Assembly (NCBI RefSeq): GCF_006345805.1
Contig: NC_043009.1
Coordinates: 36,828,001-36,892,000, forward strand
Direction of reading: 5' to 3'
From: Octopus sinensis
Lineage: Eukaryota
Length of the DNA stretch: 64,000 nt
The notes under the pieces were generated by a model. The model was given only the letters and a program-made list of their open reading frames with translations, was not told the DNA's origin and made no database searches. The position numbers and the translations under genes are program-made. How positions within the stretch are numbered: position 1 is the first letter of the stretch; every line of letters begins with the position of its first letter. This document shows, piece after piece, positions 49,411 to 61,955 of the stretch.

Positions 49411-49743
49411 ATCTCTTCTGACTCTCTGTGTTCTGAGTTCCAATCTCACCGTGGTCATCTTCAACTCCCATTTTGTCGGGATCGATAAAGCGTAAGGCTT
49501 GGAGAGAGGATGCCAGAATTGCTAGATCATTTGATGAGAATCCATTCGACATCTGTTCCAATTTTTTGCGTTCTAAATTCTTGCCCAGCCTCCAATAAAC
49601 AATCCTTCCCATGGCCCAAAATAGATTTTACAGGAACTATATAATAGTGGAAGCCCCTGTCAGCTATATCAGACGGATCAAAATATTGAGGAAATACCAG
49701 CTCACTCTGTTTAAAACCCTTACACTTGGAAAAAAAAGCAAAA
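49411..49743 (+). repeat. Short segmental duplicate of 55340-55666
   Basis: About 9 substitutions and 2 small indels counted by eye; begins in the middle of a SINE head that is intact in the 55340 copy. Confidence 0.9.
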
Positions 49744-50149
49744 TTGTCGCATCGACTTCATGATGAGTCGTTGTGTAGACTCTGTGATTAAATATATAAT
49801 TTATCTGAAATGAAATTTCCTTTCTTCTTCCGTTTCTGTCTACTCTATATTTCCTGTCATGTACTTTAGCAACCCAACTTATAGTTCCACCACATTTCAC
49901 GCTGAAGTTAATTTTCATTAATTTCCTAAGGCAGCTTTTACTTCGTGTTGATATATACAGGAATGGCTTCGTTCCTTTGTTCGTTCCTGGACGAGTTATA
50001 TACCTACCGTTTACGATGTCAACAACCAGTATCTGTTGTGCGACTACGGGAGTAACAGTCTTTCGTTCAACAGCGGCTGATAAGGTAAACAGTAGCAAGA
50101 CCAACTTGATGCCACACCAAGAAACATGGAGTAAATATTCTGTTCGCAT
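49664..50149 (-). CDS. Candidate secreted protein of unknown function (~161 aa from MRTEY)
   Basis: Longest low-repeat ORF in the window; ATG at 50149 with A at -3; N-terminus MRTEYLLHVSWCGIKLVLLLFTLSAA/VERK resembles a signal peptide; last ~27 codons run into the duplicated block; no family recognised. Confidence 0.35.
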   Translation of the reverse strand: MRTEYLLHVSWCGIKLVLLLFTLSAAVERKTVTPVVAQQILVVDIVNGRYITRPGTNKGTKPFLYISTRSKSCLRKLMKINFSVKCGGTISWVAKVHDRKYRVDRNGRRKEISFQINYIFNHRVYTTTHHEVDATILLFFPSVRVLNRVSWYFLNILIRLI

Positions 50150-50185
50150 TATGTGGTGTACAGGAGACTCAATATATCTATTTAT

Positions 50186-50392
50186 CAAGGCGGCGAGCTG
50201 ACAGAAACGATAGCACGCCTGGTGAAATGCTTCGTCTGTCTTTACATTCTGAGTTCAAATTCCGCCGAGGTCAACTTCGCCTTTCATCATTTCGGGGTCG
50301 ATAAATTAAGTACCATTTGCGTCCTGAGGTCAATCTAATCGACTGATACCCTCGCCCAAAATGTCGGGCCTTCTCCCTAGAGTAGAAAAGGA
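50186..50392 (+). mobile_element. SINE (ggcggcgagctg family)
   Basis: aaggcggcgagctgacagaaacg...gagttcaaattccgccgagg...ggggtcgataaattaagtacc. Confidence 0.85.
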
Positions 50393-50907
50393 TATATCTT
50401 GTTATTTAATTCACATGCACATACGCATGCGTACATGCATATACGTACGTGCACGCACACACACACACACACTAACACACACACTAACACACACACTCAA
50501 GTATAAAAATTTTGATGGCCTTCCAGAGAGTTTACGTCAACCAAATTTCCCTCATTATCAGAGGCTATGTATCGAAAATGACATTTGCTCAAGGTGCCGA
50601 ACGGTGGGGGCGAAATTAAAGCCATGCCTATGTTTATAAATCTTTGTGCGCTTGTGTATATATGTATATATTTGTGTGTGTGTGTGTGTGTATATACACA
50701 AATACATGCATATGTATATATACATACATATACGTGTGTGTATGCTCTTTCATACTCTAAGATATGTATGCAAAAATGCATATATTTTATATATATATAT
50801 ATTTGTGTGTGTGTGTGTATACTTTTTCATATACTAAGATATACATGCATATATGTATATATATTTATATATGTGGGTGTACACTGTTTCATGCTTTAGG
50901 ATATATA

Positions 50908-50988
<81 letters not shown>

Positions 50989-51401
50989 ATATACAGTGAG
51001 AGAGAGAGAGAGAGAGTGAGTGAGTGTCAAATAATTACTTATACTCGGCTCTTATGCATATGTTAATCTCTAGGGATTGTTACATAAGTACATAAGCGAC
51101 CTACAAAAGGATAATCATGAGAAATACAACTTTCCTTCTAAAAATACATAAATTCGAAATAAAAAGATTTCGGTGGCCTATCAAATTTTTTGCTAAATTA
51201 TCAAAAATCTTGAATGAAGTAGTCCAAAATAAGGCGCTTAGTCTTCTCGATTTTCATCATGAAGTTCCTTCTCATTTACAAATTAAAACTATATATAGAC
51301 TGCATATAGACTGACTCTAGAGACATAAACATATCAAACTGCATTAGGTCTGCACTCTAGAAGTTTATTTTACCAACACCCGAACACATGTTTATATATA
51401 A

Positions 51402-51439
<38 letters not shown>

Positions 51440-51608
51440 AAACACACACACATATATATATACATATGTATATGTATATTTGTATAAGTATATGTATATG
51501 TATATGTATGTATATATATACATATACATATACATATCCATACACACACACACACACACACACCACACACATATATATATATATATATATATAATATATA
51601 TATATATA

Positions 51609-51994
51609 CTAGCAGTATCGCCCGGCGTTGCTCGGGTTGTAAGGGAAATAAATATATAAGCATTTTTAGAGAGTTATAGTCAAAAAATAGCAAAAAAATG
51701 CATTAAAAATTGAAAAAAAATTAAGGTAAATTTTTTTTAAATCGTTGACACATCGTAGATATTTTTAGAGAGTTACTTCCCTTATATAAAAGCGAAAAAA
51801 ATGCATTAAAATGGAAAAATATGATGGTAAATTTTTTTTAAATCGTAGACTCATCGTAGACGCACCCAGAAGGGCTCGATATGAATCACGACTATAAGAT
51901 ACCCACTTCTGGTTAAACTGCACCGCAAAATGTGGGAGTAGTTAGGAATCTAAATCGTAGGAGACAGACACACAACTTCACTCTTATATAAAGA
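51609..51994 (-). mobile_element. Non-autonomous Helitron, family A, copy 3
   Basis: Plus strand a|CTAGcagtatcgcccggcgttgctcggg ... cttatataaAGA|t. Confidence 0.85.
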
Positions 51995-52639
51995 TGCTTT
52001 TTTTTTTTCAGTCATAGAGTTAGATTTATGAAGGTCTTCAGTAGAAAATCCTTCGAATTCTGACTCGCTGCTTGATATAATGAAATTCGTATCCATTTTT
52101 TGTCAGAATTACAAATTTTGAAAACACAATAGGAACAAATTTCGGAAAAAAATCTCCCATAATTCACGGAATTAAAATTACACTTCGATTTTTGTACAAA
52201 ACTGTAGTTGAAGTGTTTACGAAGTATAATACGTGTTTTCACGAATGTACTAAAGAGATTTGCTCTGATATTCTCATTTAAATATGAATAGGTAAATTCG
52301 GGCGGCTTGGTAACTATATATAAGTGTCGTCTGTTATACATAAACACTGTTTCATACTGCAATTATATATACATATATCTATATATAATATTATATAATA
52401 AAATATATACAGAGTAAAATAAAAACCAATTTACCTTTTCTGTCCGTCCGTGTGTCTTTGCAAATGTGTTGGAATGATAAGTGAGTTGAGTTTTGGCGCC
52501 TTTTTTACTAATAACAAACACACACGTGTTTGTATGTAGTTGTATGTGTATGTAGTTGTATGTAGTTGTATATGTATGTGTATGCGTGTGTGTGAGGAAT
52601 GACACACACACACTCACGCATGCACACATGTACATCAAT

Positions 52640-53158
52640 GCTTTCGGAGTGATATGTTAAAATATTGAGTTTTCTCGAATTTTGTCTTAATTGGTGGTAA
52701 AATTGAAAGAAATTTTTTATGGCATCACCCACTGAAGTACTCTGAAAAATCTTAGGTAAATTCTAATTGAAGAAATTGTGTGAGGATTAAATGGTTATGT
52801 ATTTATTTGTTTCTGTTTGCTGTGTTTTTTTATTTTTTGAGTAGTGGTTGAAATACTTTCAGTTTAGTCTTGCTCAAATCACTCTGTCGCTATTTACTTT
52901 CATTTTATTCGTTGCCCACTGTGTGTGTGCGTTTGCGTGTGGCGTAAACCAGACTAAGAAAAGCATTTGACACCAGAATGTGAGTTTTCTGTAAATTTTG
53001 CTTAATTGGAGTTAAAATTTTAAAAACTGGACCTGGCATGACGCGATGCATTGTACTCTTAAAAATGGTAGGTAAATTGTAATTGAAGAAATCCTATATT
53101 GTAGATTTGTATAACTCCCAAAGGGAGGCAGATAAAATCTGCCTTTTATAATAAGAGA
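52640..53158 (-). mobile_element. Helitron-like element family C, 5' part
   Basis: Minus 5' end A|TCTCTTATTATAAAAGGCAG with hairpin aggcagat-aaa-atctgcct (53125-53143); two related ~120-bp internal repeats (about 52665-52790 and 52983-53100); no own 3' CTAG seen. Confidence 0.5.
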
Positions 53159-53162
53159 TATA

Positions 53163-54419
53163 TAGGGGTTGGACGAAATAATGGAAACACCTTAAAATTT
53201 CAAACAGATTTATTTTAATACGGTGTAGGATCGCCTCTGGCAGTAATTACAGCTTGAATTCTACGATGTATGGACTCGTACAAAGTTTGAATTGCTTCCA
53301 AAGGGATTTTTGTCCATTCTTTAGCTAAAACAATTTCCAGTTCTTGTTATGATGGATGATGGTGGAGGATATCGACTCCTTACTTATTTTTCTAAAATGC
53401 AGCATAAATGTTCAATAATATTGAGATTTCGGGACTGTGGTGGCCAAATAAGATGTTCAATTTCACTAGAATGCTCCTCGTGCCATTCTGTAACAACTTT
53501 AGCTGTGTGAATTGGTGCATTATCATCTTGAAAGATTGCGTTTCCCTCTGGAAACAGTTCCGCAAACATAGGGTGAATTTGCTCAGATAAAATGCTTAAA
53601 TAGTCTTGACTATTAATTCTGCCTTGACGGGACACCATTGGGCCGGCGGATTTCCAAGATATAGCCCCCATCCCCCACGCAGATCATCACAGATTCTCCT
53701 CCATTTTTAACAGTTAGAAGAAAGCAGTCTGGGTCAAATGTTTCTTTTGGCTGTCTCCACACGTATACTCAGCCGGTGGTCGGAAATAAGGTAAAGGATG
53801 ACTCGTCTAGAGATCAATTCTGTAGGTTTTTACTGCCCTCTAAACGCTTTGCAACGTTTAATTTTGAAAGTAGTGGTTCTCTGATTGCAGCCCTCTCATG
53901 AAATCCGATTTTGTGCGGCTCCCGGCGAACAGTTTTTGTAGAAACTGTGTTCTGGAGGTGGTCATTGAGCTCTGCAGTAATTTGAGGAATTGTATTTTTG
54001 TGACCCTTTCTAACAATTCGCGTAAGAGTCCGACGGTCCCTATCTGAAAGTTTTGGTTTTCTTCGGGAGTTTTGTTTCGACGAAGAGGTTTTTCCCTCTT
54101 TCTCAAAGGCTGTCATTACTTTGGAGACAGCACTTCTTGATGAATTAAATATTTCGGCTGTTTTCGTTACGCTAGCACCTGCCATACGAGTATCAACAAT
54201 TTGACTTCTTTGAAAGTCCGATACATCTGTCATTTTAATTAATTTTAATTACCTTTTTCTGGTATCTGAAAAGAAAGAGCAATTTTAGCAAAACATATTA
54301 AGCAAAACTAATAATAAGTCAAAAATCATTAAAATTAACAAGCTTTTGACAGCTTTATAGACATTTCAAAATTATGATGCTATGATGCTAGGTGTTTCCA
54401 TTATTTTGTCCAGCCCCTG
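53163..54419 (-). mobile_element. Full-length decayed Tc1-like transposon (1257 bp)
   Basis: TIRs (t/c)aggggttggacgaaataatggaaacacct / aggtgtttccattattttgtccagcccctg; TA on both sides. Confidence 0.95.
53250..54233 (-). pseudogene. Tc1 DDE transposase, frameshifted
   Basis: MTDVSDFQRSQIV...GRKP-like HTH region; DESS-like, FQDDNAPIH and WPPQSRNLNIIEHL motifs in separate frames; left boundary approximate. Confidence 0.9.
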
Positions 54420-54844
54420 TATATACACACCCACGCGTGCATACTCACACATGAATATGCATTCATTTCCTGTTCTTTATATACTTGTTTCAGTCTTTGG
54501 ATTGCTGTCATGCTGGGGCACTCGTGGGCTGAAAACCTATAAAACTTATGCTTTAATCCAACACTGTATCGGTCATGAATAAATTGAAAGAAAAGTCGAT
54601 TCTAATCATGTGAGATTTGATAATGGAACACCAAGTGTCACCCTAAGAACGATATTGGATTAAAGGTAACTGTATGCGAACTCGGCAGATAGGCTCTGCC
54701 TTTAGAACAAAGTGTCTGCCTGATTATTACGGTAAGAGGATAAGCATTTTCTGAAAATTCTTCCTTGTACTTTATATTTCAATGAAGAGTTCCGTTCAAA
54801 GATTGAACTGAAATACTCCACTAAATTACAATACTTTTAATACA
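54420..54844 (+). repeat. Probable donor of the duplication at 39038-39453
   Basis: Near-identical sequence starting at the right TA of the Tc1. Confidence 0.9.
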
Positions 54845-55339
54845 AATTAAAACATTGTAGAAGTTTTGAATATACCGAGGCGTGTGGTGTGGTGTGGTGT
54901 GGCAGTTTAGTGTATCCACCTCTCTCCCATCTAAGTGACCGAGAGAATGAACCGGCAGTAAATTATGTTCTAAGGGCGAGGTAAAGAATTCACGGGCAGA
55001 TAAATATTAGGTTCAAATTTTGGCATAAGGTCTGCAATTTCAGGGGAGAAGATAAGTCGATTTTATCGTCCCTAGTATTTAGCTGGTACTTATTATATTT
55101 TATCAACCCCGAAAGGATAAAAAGCAAAGTCGACCTCGATGGCATTTGAACTCAGAACGTAAAGATGGACGAAATGCCGCTAAGCTTTTTTCTCGGGGTG
55201 CTAACCATTTTCCCGACGTGCTGTTCTTTCTTACATTACTAATGCTTTAACATTGAAAAATATGGTTGTTATTGTTGTTATTGTTTAAAGGTGGTGAATG
55301 GACAGAGTCGTTAGAGCATTGGAGAGAATATGTTGTGAT

Positions 55340-55666
55340 ATCTCTTCTGACTCTCTGTGTTCTGAGTTCAAATCTCACCGTGGTCATCTTCAACTCCCAT
55401 TTTTTCGGGATCGATAAAGCGTAAGGCTTGGAGAGAAGATGCCAGAATTGCTAGATCATTTGATGAGAATCCATTCGACATCTGTTCCAATTTTTTGCGT
55501 TCAAAATTCGTGCCCAGCCTCCAATAAACAATCCTTCCCATGACCCAAAATAGAGTTTACAGGAACTATAAAATAGTGGAAGCCCCTGTCAGCTATATCA
55601 GACGGATCAAAATATTGAGGAAAATACCAGCTCTCTCTGTTTAAAACTTGGAAAAAAAAAGCAAAA
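55340..55666 (+). repeat. Probable donor of the duplication at 49411-49743
   Basis: Near-identical sequence with an intact SINE head upstream. Confidence 0.9.
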
Positions 55667-56540
55667 ATCAGAAAACTTGACCTTTAGAATCAAGTATTAG
55701 TAATTAAATACGAATGTGGGTCATGATAATATTAGTGATAAGAGTAAATATCTTCTAGAGATAAAGTAAATATTTCTTCGTGCAAGAGTTTAGCAAAGGG
55801 TTGAATGACATAAAAATAATCCAGGGTGATAACGTATGCATATATAAACATAACGTAATTAGAATGGCACGTGGAAAGTACATACATTAAAATAAATATA
55901 CATGTTTTCACATAATTTCTTTGGAAAAGTTGAAGGATCTGTGCTGTTACAATTTGACATTGGTTGTGGAGTAGAAACTGTCTAGATATGTACTTTTGAT
56001 TGTAGTGTTTGTTTGTTGTAAGAAGCAATGTTATCCTGGCAAGAATAGCGGAACTTAACATTATTCGTGTTCAAGAGTTTTATTTGAGTTCGGGTGAGAA
56101 ATGAATCATCTCATCTATGTTCGATGGTGGATTAAACCAAATTACGTCCCTTTTTCTGATTCTGCTATGGTTTGTACATGTGTGTGTGTGAGAAATTTTG
56201 GGATATTATCTTCCTTTTAAAGCTGCTTGTAGGAAAGAAAAATATCGTTACAACAGCGGGGCTTCAAATGATATCCTTGTCAACAAATCAGAGACTTTCC
56301 TACTTATTCCGGCTGCAAGATTCCTAACTATGACTGGAGGTGGGGTAGATATGGTGCTGAATTGTGGAGTGTGTGTGTGCGTATGTAGATGTGTGTGTGT
56401 GTGTGTGTATGTGTGTGTGTGTGCATGTATCCTTGTCTGGCTTTCTATAGAAGTAGTTTACTATGAAGTTTACTATCGCTACATTTGAGCTGATGGTCAT
56501 TTAAATCAAATTCGTTGTATATTTCTATTATATATATATA

Positions 56541-56943
56541 GGAGTGGTTGTGTGGTAAGTAGCTTGCTTACCGACCACATGGTTCAGGGTTGAGTTCCAC
56601 TACGTGGCACCTTGGGCAGGTGTCTTCTACTATAGCCTCGGGCCGACCAAAGCCTTGTGAGTGGATTTGGTGGACGGAAACTGAAAGAAGACCGTCGTAT
56701 ATATGTATATATAAGTATGTATGTGTATGTTTTTGTGTGTCTGTGTTTGTCCTCCCAACATCGCCTGACAACCGATGCTGGTGTGTTTACGTCCCCGTAA
56801 CTTAGCGGTTCGGCAAAAGAAACCGATAGAATAAGTTCTAGGCTTACAAAGTATAAGTCCTGGGGTCGATTTGCTCGACTAAAAGTGGTGCTCCAGCATG
56901 ACTGAAGCAAATGACTGAAAGAAGTAAAAGAGTAAAAGAGAGT
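56541..56943 (+). mobile_element. CORE-like SINE
   Basis: Similarity to 8690 and 39914. Confidence 0.9.
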
Positions 56944-56963
56944 ATATATATATAGATATATAT

Positions 56964-57266
56964 ATCACGTGATCACGTGACCGACCAGACCATCAGATAT
57001 TGTTACACATCGCTGGTCACAATGCGTTCGCACTGTTTTAGCCTTCGAATGACGCCACCCCGCTGGTTAAGCGAGCAGGCCAGCAGAAGAAAGAGTGGGA
57101 GAAAGAGTGGTGAAAGAGTACAGCAGGGATCACCACCCCCTGCCAGAGCCTCGTGGAGCTTTTAGGTGTTTTCGCTCAATAAACACTCACAACGCCCGGT
57201 CTGGGAATCGAAACCGCGATCCTGCGACCGCGAGTCCGCTGCCCTAACCACTAGGCCATTGCGCCT

Positions 57267-57268
<2 letters not shown>
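56964..57268 (-). mobile_element. SINE, head A plus alternative tail Y
   Basis: Head and first domain nearly identical to 36650-36842; tail differs and ends ...ggtcggtcacgtgatcacgtgat. Confidence 0.85.
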
Positions 57269-57309
<41 letters not shown>

Positions 57310-57989
57310 TATATATATATACACACACATAATATATTCAATTATATATGACAGACGTGTTCCATGGAAGAACTTATAACCTGCTGACGTGCCAATTCCT
57401 GAGCTTGATTTCGAATTACGGTTAAAAATATTCAACTTGGTTTAGTCTGCCAATTCCCTTCAGAGAAATCTTTAACCTCGGAACAACTTAGCTCTCTCCT
57501 TCGAAAACAGATCTTGTTACTAGGGAAATGAAACTTTTAATCACACAAACACACGCACAGATATGCAAGTATGTATATACACATGCATGTATGCATATAC
57601 ACAAACACGTGTGTATATACACTCATGTATAACACAAATGCATGTATGTATATACTCACATATATGTATATATATGGAGGGGGTTATTAGTATCAATATG
57701 ACTAAACAAAATTTTATTTATGACATACACGCGCGTGCACACACATGTATGTATACACACACATATATGCATATATATACATACATACGTTGTAATATAT
57801 ATTCAATTAAATATAACATCAGTTCGTTAGATATGATTTAAAGATATAAAATATTAATATTTTGTATGATCAGAATACCATAGGTTAGGAGATGTGTGAT
57901 ACAGTGAAATCAAGTAGATGTATGAAAAAAATATTATCCTTCCCTTAGAGAGATATCAGACAAAATTGAAACTGATGGGATTGGAACGA

Positions 57990-60230
57990 AAAGAAAATAG
58001 ACAAACTTACAGGAACTGGAAGAAAGAGTTTAATGCCTTGGATGTTCTTTCATGTAGTTTCGTGTTGAGACTAGCAGAATGACATTCTATTCGATTGTTG
58101 CAATTAGCAAAAATGGTAGTATAAATATAAAGGTATTGTGATGTGGTGGCTTGTAACTTAAAGCTGTAAGGAGTTGTAATAGTAGATTGTACATACAATT
58201 ATATTATATTATTTATGTAACTTCTCTAAATTACTTTGTACAAGGGAACGAAATATGTGTGAGCTGTATAACTCAAATGATACAGACTACTTTCTGTAGA
58301 ATATCATTTTTGGAGTCAGAAGTCATTAGTGTAAATAAATCACTTAGTTCTCTGATTCTTTGGCTGGTCATTAGTATAGATATTATATAATAGTGGGTCC
58401 AGCATACACACTTTTTGCAAGTCATTTTGTTTTAAATACCAGTGACTTTCCTTCATCAAGACAGCAAAAATGCACCTATCTTTCATGAGGGCACTAATGA
58501 AGCTTCCAAGGTCAATTTTTCTGTCGGAGCCAATAGCTTGCAGTATGTGTGGCAGACAGATCAACAAAAATGGTTCCCGAACAGTTTTTTTCTGAAACCT
58601 ATCCTATATTGCATGATATTCAGAAATTGACTTGTAAATTTGCAAGGTCGTAATCAACAACATGGGCAAAATTATTAAGGATCATGTACTTAAAAAGTTT
58701 ATACGGGTGGTATATCAGAAAGATTGGATGAAGTTCTTTGCACACACTGGATCTTTGTCCAGTTTGAAGAGAAAATAATCTTCGTTTTCCACCAGATTTT
58801 TGGGGTGCTTTTTGTCATTATGCACGTCTTCGTCAGCTCAAGAATCTATTTTCGCATCAAAGGTTCAAAGTGCTTGATCTCCTCTGTGAAAGTGTTATGC
58901 AGTTCAATGGGTTTACCGGTCTTAATCGTGTAGATGCTTATATTGGGCTTTTCGATGGTAAACTGTTAGTCAATTCAGAGGTTTGGGAGTGATTTACTCG
59001 ACCTACTTTTGGCCATGGCTGTTTAATGGTGCATTCCCCATAGAGTAGCAGTTCTGAAATGGTTGCTGGTGATGGTATACTATTGCGGGGTAGGGTTCGA
59101 TGGATTAATGCTGATTTTCGGATGAGGCGTTACACCTTTCAGTTGATTTTTTCTGTATCTGTTGTCTCAACCAGATTACGTCACTTCTGCTGTTGATGTT
59201 GGGTATTTCGCCTACTTCAATGGTACTTTCAACCAAGTGATCAGACTCATAGAGCAGTTGGTATTTCTCCTACAGTTTGGTAATTTGAGCATCAAGACCC
59301 GAACGTATTGAATGTAGCTGCCTCTTTAGATATTCTTGAGGACTGCTTGGTGCACATATTTGTGGAATTACCACAATTCTTGACAAACTTCCTTTTTAGA
59401 GATGTATGACTTTTTAAAAAAGGACAATTTCGTTTCTAGAGACGAACAACTTCCTTTCTAGAGATAGACAATGTTTCTTCCTAGATCTTGAAAGCCAAAT
59501 CATTTCGCTTACCTCAAGTTGAATTTTCTTCGGAAAGGAAAAGTAACTGAAAATGATTGCCACATTGACTGTAACGCTGACGGGACGATATTGGGTCTTA
59601 GCAGTGAGTCCAAGAATAGATTCTTGTTTAATCCATTGATCTTGTGGCTTACAAACACGATTCCAAAGTTTTACACCACTGAGGAACTTCGATTGTTTGG
59701 CATCAAATACAGATGTCTGTTTTCAACCCATGGTTGTACTGCATCTCCTTCAGTGTTGTTGTTGGCCTACCCCCTTGTGTGCTGTGACTACTGATATCTT
59801 CAATCACAATCTTCAGTTATACGAATGAGGGTATTTCAGCCATGTCTAGGGGCGTGAACGGCCGTTTGTAAACTGAGGTGACGGTAACTCCTCGGCGTCC
59901 AATGACTTCATAGTTATTTTTCTCTCTTTGATGTTGGTTCGGTGATTTCCCAGTGTTTTGGTGGGATAATGCTATCACATTTTTCGTGTAGTCTGTCCGT
60001 GGGGTGGTCATACCTTCCACATTAGGGCGAGAGATTTTGGTCCATGGTGGGTTTCTTGTGGACAGAAAATATCTCAGTGATTATCTTTGTATAATCTTGC
60101 AACAAGTTCCTGGCAACAAAACAACTTTTCAACATTCCGAGATATAATAATTAGTGCTCGACATAACGGCAGAAGTTACCTTTATTCTTGCTCCAAGTTG
60201 CGGGGCTTCTGGCATCTGTTAGTAATATTT
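57990..60230 (-). mobile_element. Decayed APE-RT LINE, Ingi/Vingi-like (I group)
   Basis: Minus-strand relics: APE GVTVTSVYKRP and TEGDAVQPWVE; RT IYHPYKLFKYMILN and LDPLLYNIYTNDQPKNQRTK*FIYTND; many stops and an internal deletion. Confidence 0.7.
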
Positions 60231-60962
60231 AGTATTACTGGGTAGGGATAGCGACGTAAACATGAGACCCCTACATTTAGTTACACAGTTACACACACAC
60301 ATACATATATTAACAAACACCTATCTACCTACCTACCTACCTACCTACCTACCTACCTATCAGTACACACAGACAAACACACGCACACACACATACACAC
60401 ATACATACGTACCTATATGAATTTCCTTTGTAACATTTGCTCTCCATCAAGCTGCTTACCTGATCTCACTCTAAATGACATTGACATTGTAATAATATAT
60501 CATCGTAGCTTCTTTACTGTTTGCTGTTGTGGTGGTAATTACTGTTAATTATAAACTCAACCTTCTGATTGTTAAGCATTACTATATGTATATATACGTA
60601 TATGTGTGTGTGTATGTAAATTTTTAATGTTACATATATATGTATGTATGCATGTGTGTATGTATATATGCATACCATATGTTACATATATATGTATATG
60701 TATATACATACACACACGCACATATATATGTATAGGACGGATTCTCGGGTCGGTTTCGACGTATGAGGCTCCGATAATGTACTCTCTCTTTGTCAGTCAT
60801 AATGCTTATATCGAATGTAATATTTAAGTGCCACCAATGATTTGCAAAGGAAGTCACAGGTGTTGCATGTATGAGGGTTACAGGTCAGTGCAGGTGGAAT
60901 ATTTGCAGCCGCTTTTCTCTTTTGCCATGCACTCCGACTTGAGAGAGATAGAGAGAGAGAGG

Positions 60963-61650
60963 CTTTAAAAATCTTAAACGTCTTCAGAGACCACGTCTTC
61001 GTCTACACCACAAAACTACTCGTTTAGAATTTGCTCAGAGTCACCAAACCCGGGATGTTCACAACTGGAGGAACTGGTTTTATTCTCAGAAAAGAAGAAA
61101 TTCAACCTTGATAGTCCTAATGGTTTACAACGATATTGGCATACAAAAGACATTCTACCGGAAACTTTTTCAACGAGGCACAGTGGTGGAGGTTCGATCA
61201 TGGTTTGGGGTGTTTTGTCGTACAGAGGAACTATGGAACTTTAGGTAGTGCAGGAGCGTCAAACAGCAGCTGGCTATGTTGGCATGTTAGAGTGCGTATC
61301 ACTCTTGTCGAAGGCCCTCGTTTGTGTGGAGAAAGCTGGATTTATCAACAGGATAATGCTACAATCCATAATGCTCACAGGCCAAAGGATTTCTTCAGAA
61401 GAAATAGTGTTCATCTTTTGAATCAACCCCCGTGTTCTCTTGACCTAAAGCCCCTCGAAAAACTTTGAAGATGGATGACAAGAGACGTTTACAAAAATGG
61501 AACACAATTTGAGAATGTGGATGTTCTTCGCCAGGCAATCTTCATCCCGTGGCATAACATTCCAGATAATCGCCTGCAAACGTTTGTGTCGAGTATGTCA
61601 CAGCGAACGTTTGAAGTTATTCGCAGAAATGGTAGAGCTACTAACTACTG
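60963..61650 (+). mobile_element. Tc1/Tc3-like transposase 3' fragment
   Basis: [58 protein letters not shown]. Confidence 0.85.
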
Positions 61651-61807
61651 ATTCCCTTTGTTTACCATTTATTAATTGTCTTTGTATGCTATTCGTCATG
61701 ATCTTAGAGTGTATGCGTGTGTGTGTGGGTGTACATAAAATGGTGTGTGGTATGAGTATGGAGTTGAACATTGTGTATGGGTTTTTGTATAACGGTGTAT
61801 ATCGTGA

Positions 61808-61867
<60 letters not shown>

Positions 61868-61955
61868 GTATATATATATATATATATGTATATATATGTA
61901 TATATATATATAATATATATATATATGTACAAACAAACATATATATGTATGTATA

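Noticed and set aside
52012-52362. 116-aa minus-strand ORF; also the 109-aa ORF at 55732-56061
   Set aside because: AT-rich and without recognisable motifs or splice context; lengths are compatible with chance
60725-60805. Minus-strand CTGACAA...GAAAC...GTC motif
   Set aside because: Core mismatch and no convincing stem I or II without several assumed mutations
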